Positions 57,581 to 64,000 of a DNA stretch of 64,000 nucleotides are shown piece by piece. The notes under the pieces are model-generated. The model ran no database searches and was not told where the DNA came from. It was given only the letters and a program-made list of their open reading frames with translations. Source of the stretch: the human T2T-CHM13v2.0 reference genome, Homo sapiens; assembly GCF_009914755.1 (NCBI RefSeq), contig NC_060935.1; one strand, given 5' to 3'. Position numbers and translations under genes: made by a program. Numbering within the stretch: position 1 is the stretch's first letter; each line of letters opens with the position of its first letter.

Positions 57581-58118
57581 TGTGATAGTTAATACTGAGT
57601 TTCAACTTGATTGGAATGAAGGATGCAAAGCATTGTTTCTGGGTGTGTTTGTGAGGACGTTGCTAAAGGAGATTAACATTTGAGTCAGTGAACTGGCAGA
57701 GGCAGATCCACCCATAATCTGTGTGGGCACCATTCCCTTGGATGCCACTGTGGCTAGAAAAAGCAGGCAGAAGGTGGAATGAGCAGACTTGCTGAGTCTT
57801 CTGGCCTTTATCTTCCTCCCATACTGGATGCTTCCTGCCCTTGAACGTCAGACTCCAAGTTCAGCTTTTGGACTCTTGGACTTAACCAGTGGTTTGTGAG
57901 GGGCTCTCAAGACCTTCAGCCACAGACTGAAGGCTGCACTGTCAGTTTCCCTACCTTTGAGGTTTTGGGACTTGGACTGGCTTCCTTGCTCCTCAGCTTG
58001 CAGACAGCCTATTGTAGGACTTTACCTTGTAATCATGTGAGTCAATACGCCTTAATAAATTCCTTCTCATATATACATATATCCTATAAGTTCTGTCCCT
58101 CTAGAGAACCCTAATACA
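57581..58118 (+). mobile_element. MLT2A (HERV-L) solo LTR
   Basis: TGTGATAGTTAATACTGAGT...CTAGAGAACCCTAATACA; perfect TSD ATAAG. Confidence 0.95.
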
Positions 58119-58419
58119 ATAAGAAATATTTCAATGTATTTGTTTCTTCTTCAGTTTGATTCATCAATGTTTTAAGGATTTTAGTGTACACATTTTTCAC
58201 CTTGGTTGAATTTACTTCTAAGTATTTTTATATGCTTTATGGGATTATTTTCTTGTTTCTTGACAGTTCATTGTTTATGTATAGAAATGCTACTAATCTC
58301 TGCATGCTGATTTTCTATTCTGCAACTGTACAGAATTTATTTACTGGTTCTAACAGGTTTTTAGGGAGTCCTTGGGATTTTCTCTAAATAAAGTCATGTC
58401 ATTTGCAAACAGAGACAAT

Positions 58420-61353
58420 CCACTATCAGCAGATTTTTCAGAAGAAACTTCACAGACCAGGATAGAGTGAGATGATATATTTACAATGTTAAAAAAAAAG
58501 ACAAAACTGCCAACCAAGAATACTTGCCAAGTGAATCTGTCCTTCAGAAATGAAAGAGAGATAAAGAGTTTCTCAGACCAACAAGAGCTCAAGCAGTTTA
58601 TTACCACTAAACTTGTCTTATCAGAAATTGTATAGGGAAGTCATTAGGCTGGCAAAAATATAATAAGTAATATTAAAACACATGGAAATATAAAAACTTA
58701 CTGGTAAAAGTAAGTACTTAGTGAAATTCAGAATACTAGTACTGTAATGGCACTGTGCAAATAACATTTTTAGGATAAGTGTTAAAATACAAAACTGTTA
58801 AAATAATTATCATTAAAATGAGTTTTAAGGGATACAATACATTTAAAAAATCTATAAATTGTGGCCTCAAGAGCAGCAGAAGGGTAGAGATTTTGTATGT
58901 CATTGAGCTTAAGTGTTATCAGATTAAAATAGGCTATTACAAATATGTGATGTAAGCCTCATGCTAACCACATGTCAAAACTCTATATTAGTTACACAAA
59001 AGATAAGGAAAAAGGAATCAAAACTTATAACTATAGAAACCAATCAAATCATTAAGGAAGACAGCAAGAGAAGAAGAAAGAAACAAGGGAACTATAAAAC
59101 ACTCAGAAAATAACAAAATGACAATAATAAGTTCTTACCTATTAATAATTATTTGTATGCAAAAGTATTAAATACTAAAATCAAAAGACATACAGAGGCT
59201 AAAGGGATAATAAAAAGCCAGATGTGAGAATTTACACTAAGAATATACATAGACTGAAATTGAAAGCATGAATAAATATATTCCATGCAAACATTAACCA
59301 AAAGGGAACCAGGCTATCTATACTTCTATTGGAAAAAAATACATATATACTTTAAATAAAAAACTGGAAAAAGAGGCAAAGATTATTTTATAATAATAAG
59401 AGGATCAATTTATCAAGTACTTATATATACACACACCATATATAGTATATAGTATAGTATAGAGTATATGTATATACACATGCACATACACTACATATAG
59501 TTATATATTATATAGTATAGTAAATGGTATATATATTATATAGTATAGTATTATATATACATATATAGCGTGTGTGTGTGTTTATATATATACATATATA
59601 TACATATGCACTTAATATTGTAGGACCTAAGTATATAAAATAAATCAATATATATGAAGGGACAGATAGCAATGCAATAATAGTAGGAAACTTTAATATC
59701 CTACTTTTAACAATGGATAAAACATTTGGAAAGAATATCAATAAGGAAATAATGGACTGAACAATGCTGTAGACAAAGTGACTCTAACAGTCACAAACAC
59801 AGCATTCCACCCAACAGCAACAGAATGCACGTTCTTCTCAAGTGCACACAGAACATGTTACAGTACAGATCTCATGATAGGCCACAAAATGAGTCTTAAC
59901 AAATTTATGAAGATTGAAATCTTCATAAAAATTGATTTATGAAGATTAGAATCATGTCATTTATGTTTTCTGGATACAATAGTAAAAAAGTAAAAATCAA
60001 TAACTGGAGGAACTTTGGAAAATTCACAAATACATGGCAAGTATGGCTCCTGAAAAACCAATGAGGCAAAAAAGAAATTGAAAGTAATTTTTTAAGAAAA
60101 AACTCTGAAATAAAAATAAAAATACAACCATCAGATCTGATGGAATATAGCACGAGCACAGCTAAGAGAGAAGTTTACAGCAGTATGTACCTATATGGAA
60201 AAAGAAGAAAGATCTGAAGCAAGTAACAATGTTGTATCTCAAGAAATTAAAAAAAAGGAAAGAAAGCTAATACTTAGCAGAAAGTAGAAAATAACAAAGA
60301 TCAAAGGAGAAATAGAGATGAGAAAAACAATAGAAAAGATCAATGAAATTTAAAGTTTTTCCTTTATGTTAAAAAATATACAAACATTTATCAAACCTAA
60401 CAAAGAAAAAAGAGAGAAGATTGAAATAAAATCAGAAATGAAAGAGGAGCCATTACAAATGATACCAGAGAAATACAAAGGACCATAAGAGATTATAAAA
60501 AATTATACCCCCTAAAATTAGATAACCTGGAAGAAGTGAATAAATTCCTGAACACACACAAATTACCAAAGCTGAATCATGAAGAAACTAGAAAATCTGA
60601 ATAGATAAATAATAAGTAAGAGGATTGAGTCAGCAATAAAAAACTTTTCAACAAAGAAAATGTCAGGACTGGATAGCTCCATTCCTGAATTCTACCAAAC
60701 GTTCAAAGAAGAACTAACTCATATTTTTCTAAAATTTTTTCAAAATATTGAAAAGGAGGGAACACTTGAAAACTATTTTCATGTGCCCAGTGTTATCCTG
60801 ATATTAAAGCTGGACTAGGACACTACAAGAAAGTGACAAATTTCAATAATACAAAACTATTCCATACAATATTAGCAAACTGAAATCCACAGCACATTAA
60901 AATTATTATTCACTAGGATTATGTGAGATTTATCCCTGGAATGCAAGGATGGTTCAACAAGTGCAAATCAATAAACACAGTATACCACGTTAACAAAATA
61001 AAGGAAAAAAAACATACATTCTTCTCAATAGATTGAGAAAAAACATTTGGCAAAAATTGACATCCTTTTATGATAAAAACTATCAATAAATTGGGTACTG
61101 AAGAAACACACTTCAACACAGTAAAGGCCATATATGACAAGCCCACGGTTAGCCTTGTATTTAATGTTGAAATGTTTACTTTTCTCTAAGATTAGGAACA
61201 AGACAAAAACCTACTCTCATCATTTCTATTTAATATAGTACTGGAAATCCTAGCTAGAATAAGTAGGTGAAAATTAATAAATAAACAAACAAATAAAAGG
61301 CATGAAAATAGAAAAGGAATAATTTAAATCATCTCTGTTTGCAGATGATATGA
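58420..61353 (+). mobile_element. Inverted 5' portion of the same L1MA (ORF1 C-terminus, inter-ORF, ORF2 EN to RT FADD)
   Basis: Sense L1 from TATCAGCAGATTTTTCAG to TCTCTGTTTGCAGATGATATGA, ending at the L1 position where the antisense part begins. Confidence 0.88.
59420..59606. repeat. TA/TATAG-rich low-complexity expansion within the L1 EN region
   Basis: Repeated TATAG, TA, TG and CA units. Confidence 0.85.
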
Positions 61354-62441
61354 AGCTTATAATTTAAAATATGTGACTTAAAAATACATTTTTCTCAAAT
61401 TTGACTATCAATTTTATTAAGAAAAAATAAAATTTTTTCATAATTATCAGATTAGCATATAATCAAAAATTGTCTAAGATTAAATAGCATCAATTCATAC
61501 TAAATATTTAATAATTGTTAATAATTCTTAGCGATTGGCATTTCTTACTAAAATTGACGGAAATTCTTTGCTGATGACTTAAAAACAACTTAAGAATGGC
61601 TTCATTAAAACATATTAAATTGTAGTGTGTTATTTATGCAACATTATTTAAGGAAGCACATTTTACTTTGACTTGATTTATCAGTAATTCAAAGTATACC
61701 ATTTAATACAACAAATATGCCTATTAAAATTGTGAGATTAACTTGTTTATTTAAAATCCTAAAGTCATTTGCCTTCTTAAAGTTAGGATTCTATAGAAAT
61801 TAACATCTTTCTTGTGAACAAGTTCAAATTTTAATTCATTTATTAATTCCAACTTTCTGCTCATCCCCAAATTATTTTTTATTACTCTCTTCCACAAAAC
61901 TTATTCTTACTAAACTAAGAAATATACAATTGTGTTCTGTTTTCCAGCAACAGACTATCTTCTTCCTGTCCACTCATTTTGGATACAAAATCTAAGATGA
62001 TATCTCCTCATTTTGTTCAATCTAGTTGTTAGGAAATTTGGAATTATAGGTGCAAATAACCTAGCTCTTTCATGTTTAATTAAGTTTAATAAATTATTTT
62101 GAATAGTTTTAAAATCACATCAAATAAATAAAATGGGACCTAAGTCCATGACAAAAATTTTGAAAAAATCTGTAGTCTAAAACACAATGATAAAAATAAA
62201 CAATAATAAGAAAATTTCTGCAAATATTTACTTTTAATAAACAATATACTTTCACCGCAATGGTTTCTGGAAAATATATTTTAACCAGAACACCCAAAAA
62301 AATCAAAGGGAATATTATTTTTTTCCATTTATCAATGATCTATTTTGATTTATTATTCTATTTTTTGAATTTGATATATCTATTTAAATTTTTACATTTA
62401 ACAATAATGACTAGACTATGCAGTTACAAAAGCTGTAAATG

Positions 62442-62760
62442 GGCCAGGTTCAGTGACTTACACCTGTAATCCCAGCTCTGTGGGAGACCAAGGAGGTAGA
62501 GTTGCTTGAGACCAAGAGATCAAGACCACCTGGGCAACATAGATCCCATCTCTACAAAATGAAACATAAAAAAATTAGTTGTGCGTGTTGGCATGTGCCT
62601 GTAGCCCTAACTACTTGGGAGGTTGAGATGGGAGGAACCCTTGATCTCAGGGGTTCAAGGCTACAGAGAGCTGCGGTCATGCCACTGCACTCTGGCCTGG
62701 GCAAAAGACTCAGACCCTGTCTCTAAAACAAAACAAAACAAAGCAAAACAAAAACAAAAA
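62442..62760 (+). mobile_element. AluJ
   Basis: TTGCTTGAG.CCA, CTGGGCAACATAG, TCAAGGCTACAG and AGACCCTGTCTCT diagnostics; (CAAAA)n tail. Confidence 0.92.
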
Positions 62761-64000
62761 TGCATAAAGACGATATAAGTTGGATTTTTTGGTAGTTTTT
62801 ATCCTATTTGCATTGGGTGAAGAGTGTTAAGGAAAATCTTTTCTTTATAATTACACAATGGTTTTGTTTTACTGTCAGCGGGAATTCTTCCTGCAAGTAA
62901 AATATTTCAATAATTGAAATGTTCGAGAAAAAAAGTCAAATGTGACTTTGAAACAATAAAAGTTTGAGTGTCTCTTTAACTGACAAGGGTGTATAAATGT
63001 CAACATGCCTTTCAGATAAATCAGTTCCAGTTCAAAGATCTTGACAATACTTTGGAAATGTAATAGAGATTCTATGAAGCTGCTACTGTGATTCTGGAGA
63101 GGCAATGTGAGAGAGGTAATGAGAGGATTGTATGTGCATAGCAAAGATATTCTAGTATGCTTCAATTTAAAAACTAAAACTTCTTTTCAGGACTCTGCTC
63201 TGGTTTTATATTGTAATAAATAGTGTCCCTGCTAGAGGTGACATTTATAGCTCCTTAGAGGTCTGCCAGTATGAAAGAATGCTATTGTTTCTTAAATGGC
63301 TGTTGTACCAACTATATTTCATTTTCCATAGTTTCTTCATTGTGGCTTTTAGATACACTTTTCTGACTGAAAAAAATCATGGAAAGAAGTCATTAAAATA
63401 TATGTTGGAGAACAGTATATGTTGCTATCACAATAGTTCAAAAAATTCCCTTCCATACTTGCATCCTGATCAAATCTAGAGTGAACTCAAGCCTCAGTTA
63501 AGAAAAATATTCCAAATTGTGAAACACTAAAAATTTGATCTTGATGCAACTTTCAATGATAGCTAATAAATTACTGTTTCTGAAGTAAATTCTAAGCACT
63601 CTATAATTCAGATTAATTCTGATTACTGATGTTTAGTTTGAGGAGAAATAAAAATGCATTTACATTTGTAGCATTTTCCTCAAAAAATTTCTTTGAACTT
63701 AAAAATTCTTACTTATAAATAGGATATTGACATCTTCTCCTGTTTTCTATCATTTGTCTTGGCTTTCCCCTGAAGTAGCAAACTCAATCAGACATGTCTC
63801 TCATGATCTCTTGCACTAGCCCTTGATGTGTGTCCAGTCCCAGATAATAATACTACAGAAATAGATTGCTAAATAAATAGTAATAAAAGTTTCTGGGTAG
63901 AGGCAAGGCAAAGAGTTTGTTCTATCAATATATATCCAATGCATAATATTTTTGTTATTTTAAAGCAAAGATCAAGTTCTTCAATAGAAATAATTTCTTG

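Noticed and set aside
63222-63245. CTCF-like motif CCTGCTAGAGGTGAC (also TTGAGAGGGCGCT near 1945)
   Set aside because: Mismatches at core positions; not supportable from sequence alone.

Overview
Primate (human-like) non-coding genomic DNA, AT-rich and dominated by interspersed repeats. No protein-coding exon, RNA gene or intact ORF is supportable; the ORF-track entries are spurious or decayed transposon frames. Contents: a solo LTR12 (ERV9) inside an old L1; a near-full-length L1MA2-type element (~7.5 kb); a large 5'-inverted L1MA carrying nested MST, Alu, MER47 and MLT2A insertions; an LTR40 with a decayed ERVL internal region; solo LTR18, THE1, MLT1 and MER21-like LTRs; nine Alus; and L2, MIR and MER3/MER5 fossils. 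I found no convincing novel biological system. The most notable signals are (i) a decayed gamma-type retroviral env TM fossil at ~11.4-11.8 kb, (ii) a nested inverted-duplication scar at 29.4-30.7 kb and a 49-bp displaced duplicate, alongside several micro fold-back scars, and (iii) an ancient twin-priming L1 inversion whose breakpoint lies on the RT FADD codons. Repeat subfamily names come from my memory of consensus sequences and need RepeatMasker/Dfam confirmation. Boundaries without TSDs are approximate.
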